64,000 bases of DNA from the NCBI RefSeq assembly GCF_009914755.1, contig NC_060938.1; one strand, given 5' to 3'. This document shows, one piece after another, positions 13,218-28,239 of this stretch (position 1 is the stretch's first letter; every line of letters starts with the position of its first letter). Below the pieces are notes generated by a model. The model saw only the letters and a program-made list of their open reading frames with translations, did no database searches and was not told the DNA's origin. This DNA comes from the human T2T-CHM13v2.0 reference genome, Homo sapiens. Position numbers and translations under genes: made by a program.

Positions 13218-16200
13218 CTCCCCATGGGCTGGTGGTGGTGGTAGCCACTGGGAGAGGCTCCTCTTCCTGGGGAAAGGGGAGGGAAGAGCAGAAAGAATTT
13301 TGTCTTCTGGTTTGAGGGCCAGCTTAGCTGCAGTAGAATAGAACATCAGGTACATTTCTACTTCCAAACACTGGCTCCCAGACTGGATCTCTGGATTCCC
13401 CATGGGGCCTGTAGGAACTCACTGCCCTGAAGTGAAGGACACAAACCTGGATGGCTTCCTCACTTGCTGATCATATAGCCCTAGGGCCTTGAGTGAACAT
13501 AGGCAGTAGCCAGATAGTGATTACAGCAGGCCTTAGGTGAGACCCAGTACTGTGCTGGTTTCAGGTCTGACCAAGTGCAGTCCCCAGTGATGGTGGCCAC
13601 AGGGGTGCTTTCATCACCCTACCCCTAGGTCCAAGCAGCTCAGCACTCAGACAGATAGAGATATTCTGTTTGTTTGGGAGAAAGTAAGGAAATAAAACAA
13701 GTGTCTCTGCCTGGTAATCTAGAGAATTCTTCTGGATCCTATCCAAGACCACCATGGCGGTACCTCTAAGAATGTGCAAGAACCACAGCATTTTCGGGCT
13801 GGAGGCCAAAGTCCCTTTAAACACCTGGAAGGCCTTCTGAAGAAAGATGGGCAGAAACAATCACAGACTGCAAAAACTACATAAAAGACCTAACTCTTCA
13901 ATGCCCAAACACCAATGAATATCCACAAGCATCAAGAGCATTCAGGAAAACATGACCTCACCAAATGAACTAAATAAGGCACCAGGGACCAATCCTGGAG
14001 AAACACAGCTACATGACTTTTTAGATAGATAATTCAAAATAGCTGTTTTGAGGAAACTCAAAAGAAATTCAAAACAGCAGAGAGAAGGAATTCGGAGTTA
14101 TATCAAATAAATTTAACAAAGAATAAAATAATAAAAAAGAATCAAGCAGAAATTCTGGAGCTGACAAAATGCAATTGACCTACTGATGAATGCATAAGAG
14201 TGTTTTAATAGAATTGATCAAGCAGAAGAAAATTAGTGAGCTTAAAGACAGGCTATTTGAAAATACATAGAGGAGACAAAAGAAAAGGGTAAAAATAGTA
14301 TTAAGCATGCCTATGAGATCTAGACAATAACCTCAGAAGGCCAAGTCTACTAGTTCTTGCTGGCCTTTAAGAGGAGGTAGAGAAAAAGACAGGAATAGAA
14401 AATTTATTCAAAGGGATAATATCAGAAAACTTCCTAAACCTAGGGAAACATCAACATTCAAGTACAAGGAGGTTATAGAATACCAAACAGATTTACCATG
14501 GTCCAAAAAGGACTACCTCAAGGCATTTAGTAATCAGTCTCTCAAAAGTTAAGGATAAATACAGGATCATAAAAGCACCAAGAAAAAAGAAGCAAATAAC
14601 ATACAGTGAAGCTTCAATATGTCTGGCAGCAGATTTTTCAGTGGACACCTCACAGGCCTGGAGAGAAGGGCATGACATATTAAAGTGCTGAAAGAAAAAA
14701 AAATCCAAGAACTTTTACCCAAAAGAGTATATCTGGCAAAAGTATTTTTTAAACGTGAAAGAGAAATACAGACTTTCCTTGATAATATAAAAAATAAAAG
14801 AAATAAAAAAAATAAAAGAAAAAGAAAAGCTGAGGGATTTTATCAACATCAGACTTGTACAAGAAATGCCAAAGGGAGTTCTCCAATCTGAAAGAAAGGA
14901 TGTTAATAGCAATACAAAATAAACTGAGGGTACACAACTCACTGGTAATAGTAAGCACACACAAAAAACTCAGAATATTGTAACACTGTAATTGTGTATA
15001 AACTCTTAAATAGAAAGACTAAATGATGAAACAATTAAAAATCATAACTACTGTAACTTTTCAAAACATAGGCAGTACAATAGAACAAAGAGTAACAACA
15101 AAAAGTTAAAAAGCATGCGGACAAGTTAAAGTGTAGAGTTTGTATTAGCTGTCTTTTTGCTTGTTTGTTTGTTTATGCAGTGAGTGCTGTCACCAGTTTA
15201 AAATAATGGGTTATAAGATTTGCAAGCCTCATGATAACCTCAAATAAAAAAACACACAACAGATACACAAAAAATAAAAGGCAAGAAATTAAATCATACC
15301 ACCAGAGAAAATCACTTTCACTAAAGGGAAGACAGAAAGGAAAGAAGGAAGATAAGACCACAAAGCAAGCAGAAAACAAATAACAAAATGGCAGAGGTGA
15401 GTTCTCATTTATCAACAATAATATTGAATGTACATTGACTAAACTCTTCAATCAAAAAACACAGAGTGACTGAGTGAATACAGAAAAAATAGAAGACCCA
15501 ATATCTGTTGCCAAAAGGAAACACAGGTCACTTACAAAGATATATATAGTTAGACTGAAAAAAAGGGATGGAAAAACATATTCCATAACAATGGAAAACA
15601 AAAAAGAGCAGCAATCACTGTGTTTATATCAGACAAGATAGATTTCAAGACAAAACTGCAAGAAGAGACAGAGAAGGTAATTATATAATCATAAAACAGT
15701 CAAGTAAGCAAGGGGACATAAAGACTGTAAACGCATATGCCCTCAATTCTGGAGTACCCAAATATATAAAGCAAATATTATTAGAGCTAAAGAGGAAACT
15801 AGATCTCAATAGAATAATAGCTGGAGAGTTCAACACCCCAATTTCAGCATTTCAGATCTTCCAGACAGAAAATCAACAAAGAGGCTTCACACTTCTGCAA
15901 ATTTCTGCACTATAGAATAAATGGACCTAATAGATATTTACAGAGCATTTCATCCAACAGTTGCAGAGTACACATTCTTTATCTCAGCACATGACTCATT
16001 CTCAAGGATAGACCATAGGTTAGGTCACAAAATCAGTCTCAAGACATTCAAAAATGAAAATAATATCAAGCATCTTCTCTTACCACAATGGAATGAAAGT
16101 AGAAATCAATGACAAAATAAATTTTGGCAACTATGCAATCACATAGAAATAAAACTATATGCTCCTGAATGACCAATGGGTCATTGAAAGAATTTAGAAG

Positions 16201-18335
16201 GAAACTGAAGAATTTTTTAAGTGAATAATAATGGAAACATAACATACCAAAGCCTAGGGGATACAGCAAAATTAGTACTGAGGGGGAAATTTATAGCTCT
16301 AAGTACCCACCTCAAGAAATAAAAAAAACTTCAAATGAATAACCTACCAATGCCTCTTACAGAGCTAGAAAGGCAAAAGCAAACCAAACCAAAAACTAGT
16401 AGAAGAAAAGAAATAATGAAACTGAAATGGAGAAAATACAAAAGATTAATGAAAAGGTAGGTTGGAACTTTGAAAAGGTAAATAAAATTGACAAACATTT
16501 AGCCAGAATAACTAAAAAAGAGAAGGTCCAAACACATAAAGTCAGAGATGAAAAATGAAAAATTACAACTGATACTGCAGAAACTGAAAAAAATCATTAG
16601 TGGCTACTATGAGAAACTGTATGGCAACAAAGTGGAAATTTACAGGAAACAGATAAACTCCTAGACACATACAACCTACCGAGAATGAACTAGAAAAAAA
16701 TAAAAAACTGGAACAGACAAATAACAAGTAATGAGATCAAAGCTGTAATACAAAGTCTCCCAGTAAAGAAAAGCCCAGGACTGATGGCTTCACTGCTGAA
16801 TTCTACCAACCATTTAAAGAAGAACTAATACCAATCCTACTCAAACTATTTGGAAAAATAGAAAAGGAGGGAACACTTCCAAACTCTTTCTATAAGGCCA
16901 GTATTACCCTGATACCAAAATCAAAGACCTATCAAAAGAAGAAAACCACAGGCCAATATCTCTGAAAAATATTGTTGCAAAAATCCTCAACAAAATATTA
17001 GCAAACCAATAAAACAATACATTAAAAAGATCACTCATCATGACCAAATGGGATTTATCCCAGGGATGCAAGGATTGTTCAATATGTACAAACCAGTCAA
17101 TGTCATGTCATATCAACAGAATGAAGGACAAAAACCATGTGATCATTTAAATTGATGCTGAAAAAGCATTTGATAAATTTCCACATCCCTGCATGATGCA
17201 AACACTAAAAAGCTGAGTACAGAAGAAACATAACATAATAAAAGCTATATATGACAGACCCACAGCTAGCATTATATTGAATGGAGAATCACTGAAAGTC
17301 TTTCCTCTAACATCTGAAACACGACAAGAATCCCCAGATTCACCACTGTTATTCAATGTAGTACTAGAAGTTCTAGATAGAGCAATCAGACAAGAAAAAG
17401 AAATAAAGAATGTCCAAATCAGAAAAGAATAATTCAATTTATCCTTGTTTGCAGATGATATAATCTTTTATTTGGAAAAACTTAAAGCTGCCACAAAAAC
17501 AAACTATAATAACTGATAAACAAATCCAATAAAGTTGTAGGATACAAAATCAATATATAAAAATCAGTAGCATTTCTGTATGTCAATAGTGAAAAATGTG
17601 AAAAAAATAAAAACTGATCCCATTTATGACAGTCACAAATAAAATTAAATACCTATGAATTAACTTCACCAAAGTGAATGAATTTTACAACAAAATATAA
17701 AACACCTATGAAAAAAGTTTAAAAGAACACAAAAAATGGGAAGATATTCCATGTTCATGAATTAGAAGAATCAATATTGTCAAAATGTCCATACTACATA
17801 AAGCAATCTACAGATTCAATACAATTCCTATCAAAATACTAATGACATTCTTCAGAGAAATAGAAAAAAACAATTCTAAAATTCATATGGAACCACAAAA
17901 GACCCAGAATAGCCAAAGCTATCCCAAGCAAAAGGAAAAAAATGAATAAATAACTGTAGAAGTCACATTACCTGACTTCAAATTATACTACAAAACTATA
18001 GTAACCAAAATAGCATGGTACTGGCATATAAACAGATGCACAGACCAATGAAACAGAATAGAGAACCCAGCAACAAATCCATACATCTACTGTGAGCTTG
18101 TTTTCAACAAAGGTGTCAAGAACTTACATCAAGGAAATGACAGTCCTTTTAATAAATGGTTCTGGGAAAACTGGATATTCATATGTGGAAGAATGAAATT
18201 AGATTCATATCTCTCAACATATACAAAAATCAAATCAAAATTGATTAAAGATTTAAATCTAAGATCTCAAACTGTGAAACTACTAACGAAAAACTTTGAG
18301 GAAACTCTCCAGGAAATTGGCCTGGGCAAAGATTT

Positions 18336-18643
18336 TTTTTTTTTTTTTTTGAGACAAGTCTCGCTCTGTCGCCTAGGCTGGAGTTCAGTGGTGAGACCGC
18401 AGCTTACTGCAACCTCTACCTCCTGGATTCAAGTGATTCTCCTGCCTCAGTCTCCTGAGTAGCTGGGATTACAGGCACCTGCCACCATGCCTGGCTAATT
18501 TTTTTTTTTTTTTTTGTATTTTTAGTAGAGACGGGGTTTCACCATGATGGCCGGGTTGATTTTGAACTCTTGACCTCAAGTGATCCGCCCACCTCGGCTT
18601 CCCAAAGTGATAGGATTACAGGCATGAGCCACTGTGCCCAGCC
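18336..18643 (-). mobile_element. AluS (Sz/Sx-like) inside L1MA ORF2
   Basis: Complete dimer; 11-bp TSD GGCAAAGATTT at 18325-18335 and 18644-18654. Confidence 0.96.
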
Positions 18644-19619
18644 GGCAAAGATTTGTTGAGTAATACACTACAAGCACAGACAACCAAAGCAAAAATGGAC
18701 GACAAATCGTATCACATGAAGTTAAAAAAGCCGCACAGCAAAGGAAACAACCAACAAAGTGAAGAGACAACCCAAAGTATGGGAGAAAATATTTTCAAAC
18801 TACCTATCTGAAAAAGGATTAGTAAGCAGAATATATAAGGAGTTCACACAACTCCATAGGAAAAAATTCTAGTAATCTGATTAAAACATTGGTAAAAGAT
18901 CTGAATAGACAATTTTTAAAAGCAGACATACAAATGAAAAACAGGTATACGAAAAGTGTGCAACATCATTGATAATCAGAGAAATGCAAATCAAAACTAC
19001 AATGAGATATCTCACTTCAAAAGACAGGCAATTACAAATGCTAGAAAGGATGTGGAGAAAGGGGAACTCACACTGTTGGTGGGCATGTAAATTAGTAGAA
19101 TCACTATGAAAAACAGTTTGGAGGTTCCTTAAAATACTGAAAATAGAACAATCATACAATTCAACAATCCCACTGCTGGATATATACTCAAATGAAAGAA
19201 ATCAATATATCAAAGGGGTATCTGCATTTCCGTGTTTGTTGCAGCATTGTTCACATTAGCTAAGATTTGGAAGCAATCTAAGTGTCCATCAGCAGACAAA
19301 TGGATAAAGAAAATGTGGTATGTATACACAATGGAGTACTATTCAGCTATAAAGAAAAATAATATCCTATCATTTGCAACAATATGAATGGAACTGGAGG
19401 TCATTATGTTAAGTAAAATAAGCCAGGCACAGAAAGACAAATGTCATCTGTTTTCACTTACTGGCAGGAGCTAAACATTAAAACAATTGAACTCAGAGAT
19501 AGACAGTAGAAAGATAGTTAAGATAGTTACCAGTGGCTGGAGAGGGTAGTTGAAGGGAATAGTGGAATGGTTAACTGGTATGAAAATGTAGTTAGTAAGA
19601 ATGAACAAAACCTAGAATT

Positions 19620-20219
19620 GTACACAGTTGATGGGAACGTAAATTAGTTCAACCATTGTGGAAGACAGTATGGTGATTCCTCAAGGATCTAGAACCAGAA
19701 ATACCATTTGACCCAGCAATCCCATTACTGGAAATATACCCAAAGGAATATAAATCATTCTACTATAAAGACACATGCACGTGTATGTTTATTGCAGCAC
19801 TATTTACAATAGCAAAGTCGTGAAACCAATCCAAATGCCCATGAATAATAGACTGGATAAGGAAAATGTGGTACATATACACCATGAAATACTATGCAGC
19901 TGTAAAAAGGAATGAGATCATATCCTTTGCAGGAACATGGATGAAGCTGGAAGTCATCATCCTCAGCAAACTAACACAGGAACAGAAAACCAAGCACTGT
20001 ATGTTCTCACTCGTAAGTGCAAGTTGAACAATGAAAACACATGGACACAGGGAGGAGAACAACACACACCAGGGCCTGTTGGGGGGTGAGGAGTGAGGGG
20101 AGGGAACTTAGAGGACAGGTCAATGGTGCAGCAAACCACCACTGTACACATATACCTATGTAACAAGCCTGCATGTTCTGCACATGTATCCCGGAACTTA
20201 AAGCAAAAAAAAAAAAAAA
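19620..20219 (+). mobile_element. 5'-truncated L1PA (L1PA8-like) inserted in the L1MA 3'UTR
   Basis: L1PA 3'UTR (gggaacttagaggacaggtcaat) with poly(A); host L1MA resumes at 20221; degenerate TSD aacaaaacctag / aagaagccctac. Confidence 0.9.
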
Positions 20220-20999
20220 GAAGCCCTACTATTTGATAGCACAACAGAGTGACTATAGTCAATAATAATTTAATTGCACATTTAAAAATAACTAAAGGAG
20301 TATAATTGTTGATAATATAAACAATAAATGCTTGACGGGATAGATACTCCATATACCATGATGTGATTATTATAGATTACATTCTAGTATCAAAGTACCT
20401 CATGTATCCCATAAATATCATAAATATGTACACCTACTATGTACTCATAAAAATTGAAAAAAGGAACTATATTTGCATATTCTTTCTTAACTTAGTAATA
20501 AATAATATGTATTTTTTTATTATTTAATATCTATGTAAAATTATATAAACAGACTTTTAAAACTTGTATCATGTATAAAAATGTAATATATTTGATAGTA
20601 ACCACACATAGGAGGGGATAGGACAAAACTTTAACAAGAGTAGAGAAAAAGATATCAAATGGTAACCTGAACTAACAGGAAGAAAGACTAGAACCAGAAA
20701 GAATAAAAGCATTAAAAAATTAATAAATATATACTTAATTTTCTTCTCTGAGCTTCAAGACATAAGATTATGTAAAGTAATAATAATAGCCATGTACACG
20801 GGTGCAATATGTGTAACCACAATAGTCCAACTGGGAGAAGGGAGTGAAACTATATAAGTAAATTTTCTATATTTCACTAGAATTTAAGTATAAATCTGAA
20901 GTACGTTCATATATACACACATACATATCTATGTCTACATGTACATAGTAAGCTCTAGAATAATCACTAAGAAGATAGTTAAAAATATACACAGTTTAA

Positions 21000-21362
<363 letters not shown>

Positions 21363-21519
21363 TGATGAAGAAGAAATGTCTAACACTATATTGTCTTCAG
21401 GAGACACAATTTAAAAATATAGGTTATAATGAAAATAATTGAGAAAGATTTATTTTTATTTTCTGTATGTCTTATGTTTTTGTATTTTCTAGTGTAACAT
21501 TTGAATTTGCTTAATAAGT

Positions 21520-21720
21520 TTTTCCTCTGTGCACATGCATTATGTTATCTCCTTTCATAAGGATACTAGTCATATTGAATTAGGGCCAATCCCAACAGCT
21601 TAATTCTAGCTTAACCACCTCTTTAAAAATCTTATTACCAAATATAATAACGTTCTGAGGTACTAAGAGTTAGAGAGTCAACATACATATTTTTGGGAAA
21701 AACAATGTGGTCCGTTATAC
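21520..21720 (-). mobile_element. MLT1 (B-like) MaLR LTR fragment
   Basis: ataaggatactagtcatattgaattagggcc...ttctgaggtactaagagttag. Confidence 0.75.
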
Positions 21721-24700
21721 TCATTTTTAGTAATGGATAGGAGAACCAGGCAAAAGCTCAACAAGGAAACAAGAGTTGAACATTATAAGCCAATTAAATT
21801 TGACAGAATCTTTAGAACACTCCTCTCAACAGCAGCAGAATATGTATTCATTTCAAGTGCACATGGAATATTCTTCAGGATAGACTCTGTGCTGTGTCAT
21901 AAAATGAGGTGTGAATAAGTTAACAGGACATGATGTCATACAAAGTAGTTTCTTTGATCACATTGGAATTAAATTAAAAATAAAAATAGATGGAATATTG
22001 GAAAGTTCACATATGTGGGAATAACACAATCATATATAACAAGGGATTAATCAAGCAATCACAAGGAAATTAAAAAATACCTTATGATGAATGAAAATAA
22101 AAACACAACATACCAAAACTTATGAGATGCTGGTAAAGTAGTGCTACAAAGGCTATTTATAGCCTGTACACACCGATATTAAAAAAGAACATCAAATATA
22201 AATAAAAAGTTTTATCTCAAAACAATGAAAACAGAAAAGCAATTAAATCCAAACCAATTAAAGAAAATAAATAATAAATATTGGAGCAAGAATAAATAAA
22301 ATACCTAATAGAAAAATAAAATACATAAAACCAAAATGTGGCTCCTTGGAAAGATCAACAAAATCAACAAACTTTTAACTAGACTGACCAAGATAAAATG
22401 GGAGAAGTCCTAAATTACTAAAATCAGGAATAAAAGATGACGCATTGCTACTAACCCTAGGGAAATGAAAATATTATAAGGGAATACTATGAAAACTGTA
22501 TGTTAAGTTAAATAACTTAGATGAAATGGACAAATTCATAGCAAGACATGAACTATTAAAATCGATTAAAAAACCCCTCAGTGAACCTATAACATGTAAA
22601 GAGATTGCAGTAATGATTTAAAAACTTACTGCAAAGAAAACTCAAGGCCCAGACCAAACCACTTCACTGGTTAATTCTACCAAGTGTTTAAAGAAGAATT
22701 AGCCTCAATTTTATACAAGCTTTTCCAACAACCCCTATTAACTTTCTGCTTCCCAGCCAAAAAAAAGAAAAAGGAAAAAACACTTCTTGACCCATTCTAT
22801 AGGGGTTATTATTTTCCTAATACCAAAAGCAGGCAAAGACATCACTAGAAAAAACAAAATAAAATAAAATCTACATATTCAATATTTCTTTCTCAACCTG
22901 ATAAAGAACACCTGCACAAAAATAAAATCTAACATTATACTTATTGGTAAAGGACAGTAACATTTCCACCTAAAATTATAAAACAAGAATGCCCACTCTC
23001 AAATTCTATTTAATATTGTACTCAAAATTCTAGCTTAGTCAAATAGGCAAGAAAAAGTAATAAAAGGCATCCAGATTGGAAAGAAATAATTAAACTCATC
23101 TATATTTAAAAATGATGTGATCTTACAGGAATCCACATACACAACAAAACTATTAGACTTAATAAACAATTTCAGTAAGGTTGCAAAATGCAAGATCAAC
23201 ATCCAAAGTCAATTGTATTTGTATACATTAATAATTAACAATCAAAAACTATTTTTTAAAAATAATTCTATATACATTGAATTGAAACAAACAAAACATT
23301 TAGGACTAAAACATAAGAAGTGCAGGACTTATACACTGAAAAATACAAAACATTAAATAAATTAAAAGACATCCCATGTTCATGGATTGGAAGACTATTA
23401 TTAAGATGACACTATTCCTCAAATTGGTTTATAAATTCAAGGTGATCTGTCTTAAATTTCCAGCTTGCTTTTTTGAAAAAAAAATTGGCAAACTGCTTCT
23501 AAAATGTATATAATATGAAATAAATATATATTTATATTAGCATATATTAATAAAAATATGTAATATTTTATAAATGTATTATCAGTTATAATTACATGTA
23601 TTGATATACTTTAATAAAAATATAAATTGTAAACCAATATAAAACACAGAATACTTAAAATGTATAGAGTAATAAACATATTTTATTTCTTTTTCAATGC
23701 TGGTTTGTCTATCTTGGTCTCAAAATAATCTTTAAAAAGAAAATCAAATTTGGAGGACTCACTTCCTTATTTCATACTTTATGTACAACTACCATAGTAA
23801 AGATAATGTGGTACTGATATATGGTTATTCTTTTATGTCACATGAATGGAATTGAGAGTCCTGAAATAAAGCCTGCTATGTACTATCAATTTAATTTCAA
23901 CTTACAAGTCAATGGAGAAAAATGACTTTTCAATAAGTAACAGTGGGACAACTGGATATCCACATGCAAAAGAATGAAGTGGGACCTCTTCATAATGTAT
24001 TACTTTCACACAAATTTAATAGCCAAAGTAAAAGTATACCTTTTACACAAAAATTAGCTCAATATATCAAAACCTAAATCTAGGTTCTAGAAATATAAAA
24101 TTCTTAGAAGAAAACATAGTAATAAATTGTTGTGACCTTCAACTAAGCAATGGTTTCTTAAATGTAATACTAAAAGCAAAAGAGGCAAATGAAGCAGTAA
24201 ATTAAACTAAATCAAAATAAAAAATTGCACTGTAAATAATACTATCAAGACAGTTAAAAAGTAACTCATAGTTTATGAGAAAGTTTTACAAACCTTATAT
24301 TTGATAAGGGTTTAATATCCAGATTATATAAAGAATTCTTAGAACTAAATAATTAAAACATTCAAATGGCCCAATTAAAAACTGGACAAAGCTTTGAGGA
24401 GATATTTCTCCAAAGAAGTTATACAAATGAGCATAGAAAAATATGCTTAATACCATTATCCATTAGGTAAATGCAAAGTAAAACTACTATAAGATATACC
24501 TTCACATCCTCCTAATGTCTGTAAACAAAATGAAAGATTATATGAGATGACACAGAAGTAGAACAATGGGAACTTTCACAAACATCCTCACATAGAGGTA
24601 GCAATTAAAAATGTTGCAGCCATTTTGAAAGACAGTTTGGCAGTTCCTTAAAATGTATACACAGAGTTCCCATATGACTCAGCAATTCCATTTCTAATTG

Positions 24701-24804
24701 TATATCCAAGAGAAATGAAAACACATACTCAAAAAAAACTTAAGGATGTTTATAGGAACATTATTCGTATTATATTACAAAATAGAAAACCCCAAATAAT
24801 CTAT

Positions 24805-25218
24805 TTTGATTTTTTTTCTTGATATGTCAACTTGGCTAGGTTACAGTCCCCAATTATGTAATCAAACACTATGATAGGTGTTGTCGTGAAGGTATTTGGT
24901 ATATGTAATTAAAGTCAATAATCAGTTAACTTTAATTAAGAGGGATTATTCAGATAATCTGAGTTTGGCCTTATTTAATTAGCTGAAAGTCGTTAAGAGC
25001 AGAGCTGAGGCTTCCCTGATGAAGACACTCTGCTTTGGTGAACAACAGCTTCAGCCATGCCTAAAAATTGTAGTTCATCTTTTCTCATTGCCTTCCTTGT
25101 AGACTTTGGATTTGCCTCACGAGTCCTTATAATCACATAAGCCAATTCATGGGAGTAAATATTTTAATGGATATCTCCTACTGAGTTCAGTTGTTCTGAT
25201 TGAACCCTGAATAATACA
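24805..25218 (+). mobile_element. MLT2 (C/D-like) ERVL solo LTR in the old L1 3' region
   Basis: tgtcaacttggctagg...gaaccctgaataataca terminus. Confidence 0.8.
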
Positions 25219-25640
25219 TCTGTTAATTGATGGGTTAAAAAAAAACAAAAAAAATCTACATAAGGGAATATTATTTGGCAATAGAAAGGTAGAAGTACGA
25301 TTTATGCCACTTCATGTTCACACCATGAAAACATTGCACTAAATGAAGGAGTCTAGTCACAAAAGAACACATATTGTATGATTTTGTGATTCTATTTATA
25401 TGAAATATCTGGAGTGGGGAAATCTATAGAGACAGAAGGTAATTACTGAGGGCTTAGTAAAAGCAATTACTGCTATTGCTTAGTGGGGATTCTCTTTCTG
25501 AGGAGTGATAAAAATATTTCTAAACTTAGATTGGGTTGATTTTTGATTACTCTGTGATTATACTATACTTATCAAATTATATATTTTAAATGAGTGATTT
25601 GTATGGCATATAAAGTATATCTCAAAACAAACATTAGAAA

Positions 25641-26600
25641 AATGAGAGAAACTTATCAAAAGGACACAGCAGCCAACTAGAAGGAGAACCCATTGGACAA
25701 ATATAGAACAATATGAGTATCAAAATAATGATAACAGATTACAAACATAGAAAAAAATAAAATTACATGTGCCAATAATGATATAAGTAAATGTATCAAT
25801 GAGTGTGTTGTCATTCCTTGTGATAAAATGCCAACTGTTAAATGTAGAAACAGTGACAGAAATGAAAAATCACCATTTGGCAATCATATTGGTGGGTGCT
25901 TTAGGTAAGAATCATCAAAGGATGCCAAAGACTGGTCAGTGGAGTCTAATGCAAACAGGATATTGACACAATCTAAGAAAATCTTTTCATAAAATTTTAC
26001 TTATTACAAAGGGTGAAACATATTATTGTGTATGGAGAAAGCTAGCGGAAATGTCACCCACTTGTCATGTTTACAACACCAGTGATGATAGTGGGGGATT
26101 GAACTTGTGTCTTTTCTGATGTGCTACACTGCACAGTATCATACCTGGGATGTTTCTGCTAGGAATGCCAAACCTGAGTCTGCTCAAGAGGGGAAACATT
26201 GGACAGACATTGACTGGGGGTCATCTATACTCTTTGAAGGTGTCAAGGATGTGAAAGTAAAGGCAAGACTGAGAGATAACTCCCAATTAAAGGAAACTGG
26301 ACCAGAATGGAAAGAAGAGCTATTGTCCAGACCATTAAGACATTTGGCCTAATTGGAAGAGGGTCTGTGGATTGGATTATAGCGTTGAAACAGTGTTGAG
26401 TTCCTCATTTGGGGGTTGGATGGAAGCAAAATGTAATGTTTTTGTTTGTTTGTTTGTTTGTTTGTTTTCTGAGGGAATCTGGAATATTTTCTGTGAATGG
26501 AGCAAATAATGTAAAACTTTAACAACTGTGGGATGTGGTTGAAAGCACACAGGAGTTCTTTTTACTGCTGTAACAATATTTTATGTTTGAAATTGTCTAA
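25641..26600 (+). mobile_element. L1MC/L1ME-like 3'UTR fragment
   Basis: aaaaggacacagcagccaactagaaggagaacccattggacaaat...tgtttgaaattgtctaaaaata. Confidence 0.6.
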
Positions 26601-27850
26601 AAATAATGTTTTTATAAATTATGTATTGTTTCAAAGGTTAGTTACTTGGTCTCGACCCAAACTTACAAATCTAAAATTCAACAGGTTCAAGGAACAAAAA
26701 CAAAGGAACAAAGCAGATTAAAAGCTTTTTAGTTTGTTTTGGCCTCTAAGCACTATTTGATTAAAAAAGTAAGAGTCTCGATCGAGGGATTTAGGGATGG
26801 ATACCAAGAGATTTCTACTCCAAAATCTAATCTAATAAGAGATTGAGAACTTCTCAAACAGTATTTAAAGTGATGAACAAGGATGCTTATATAGGAATCA
26901 GCATTGAAAACATTCTGTGAAGAAAGTTCTGCACAGTCTAAAAAACAAATGATTTGTAAATATTTCCTGAACCTTAGCTTGTATATTTTTCTTATAATAT
27001 TTCATATAACAAATTTCTTGTTGAACTATTTCAATTGATTCTTTTTTCTAATACTGATAGCCTTCATGTTCAATATTTGGTGAAAACTCTTACTCATGGT
27101 CCTAGCATATAATTACTTTTGGTTTTCAACTTTTTTTTTTAGATTCTTTCATCACATATGACTTCAGTTATGGGTGAATCCAATGCTTTTAAGAAGAAGT
27201 GAATGTTTATTTTGTATTATCAACTCAATATTTGAATTGGCACACACCTTAACAATGAATTTGATACTGTTGTTCTTTAACACAGAATTAGCTTCTATTG
27301 TGGTTTTGGAAGACATTCAGCATGAAAAAATCAATATGATATGAAAAGGGTAATATGGTGTAAATTATATTGTTATGACCTGGCCAGAAAAGCTGTTCCA
27401 TGACTTCATTCAGTTTATACTGTGAAAACAAGTCAGATTGACACACTGCCAAAAGCAATGCCATGTTTATTTACAAAATCATAAACCAAGGAAGATTATA
27501 AATTGACTCACTAGTGCATGATTTAATTTTTAAAAGAGAGTAAAAAGTCTTCAAATACTTTTAACACTCTCTTTAAAAATAAAACTTCAGCTTATTTTTT
27601 GTCATAAATTCAAGGCAGTCCTAGAGTTCAGTAGTATACCCTATAGGTAGCAAGATAGTGGGGCAAGAGTATATATTTTGGATTTAGATAGACATTGATT
27701 CAACTATTGTATCTGCATCTTAGCATATTTGGTCACAAAAATTATTTTAGCTTACTAAACTTTCTTATAATTTTCCCAAGGTGCTGTGTAGAAGAATTAA
27801 ATAAGGACACAAATATACAGTATCAAATATGAGACCTTATATCTACTAAC

Positions 27851-28239
27851 TTATGTGGTTTGCCTGTGCCCCCACCGAAATCTCAACTTGAATTGTATCT
27901 CCCATAATCCCCACGTGTTGTGAGAGAGATCCAGTGGGAGGTAATTGAATCATAGGGGCCAGTCTTACCCTTGGTATTCTTGTGAATAAGTCTCACGAGA
28001 TCTGATGGGTTTATCGGGGTTTCCACTTCTGCTTCTTTCTCATTTTCTCTCACCGCCACCATATAAGAACTGCCTTTCACACTCTGCCATGATTGTGAGA
28101 CTTCCCCAGCCATGCATAAGTCAAATTAAACCTCTTTTTCTTCTCAGTCTCAGGTATGTCTGTATAAGGCAAATTAAACCTCTTTTTCTTCCCAGTCTCA
28201 GGTATGTCTTTATCAGCAATATGAAAATGGACTAATACA
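27851..28239 (+). mobile_element. THE1 (A/B) MaLR solo LTR with an internal 48-bp duplication
   Basis: THE1 consensus-like throughout, ending ggactaataca; 5-bp TSD ctaac/ctaaa. Confidence 0.95.

Larger units (their letters stand above)
11470..20460 (+). mobile_element. Near full-length L1MA1-3-like LINE with degenerate ORF1/ORF2 and three nested insertions
   Basis: GC-rich 5'UTR (gagcaagatagctaaacagaagcc); ORF2 peptides (MDLIDIYRAFHPT; gcagatgat in the RT FADD region); L1MA-type 3'UTR ending cacctactatgtactcataaaaattgaaaaa. Confidence 0.9.
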
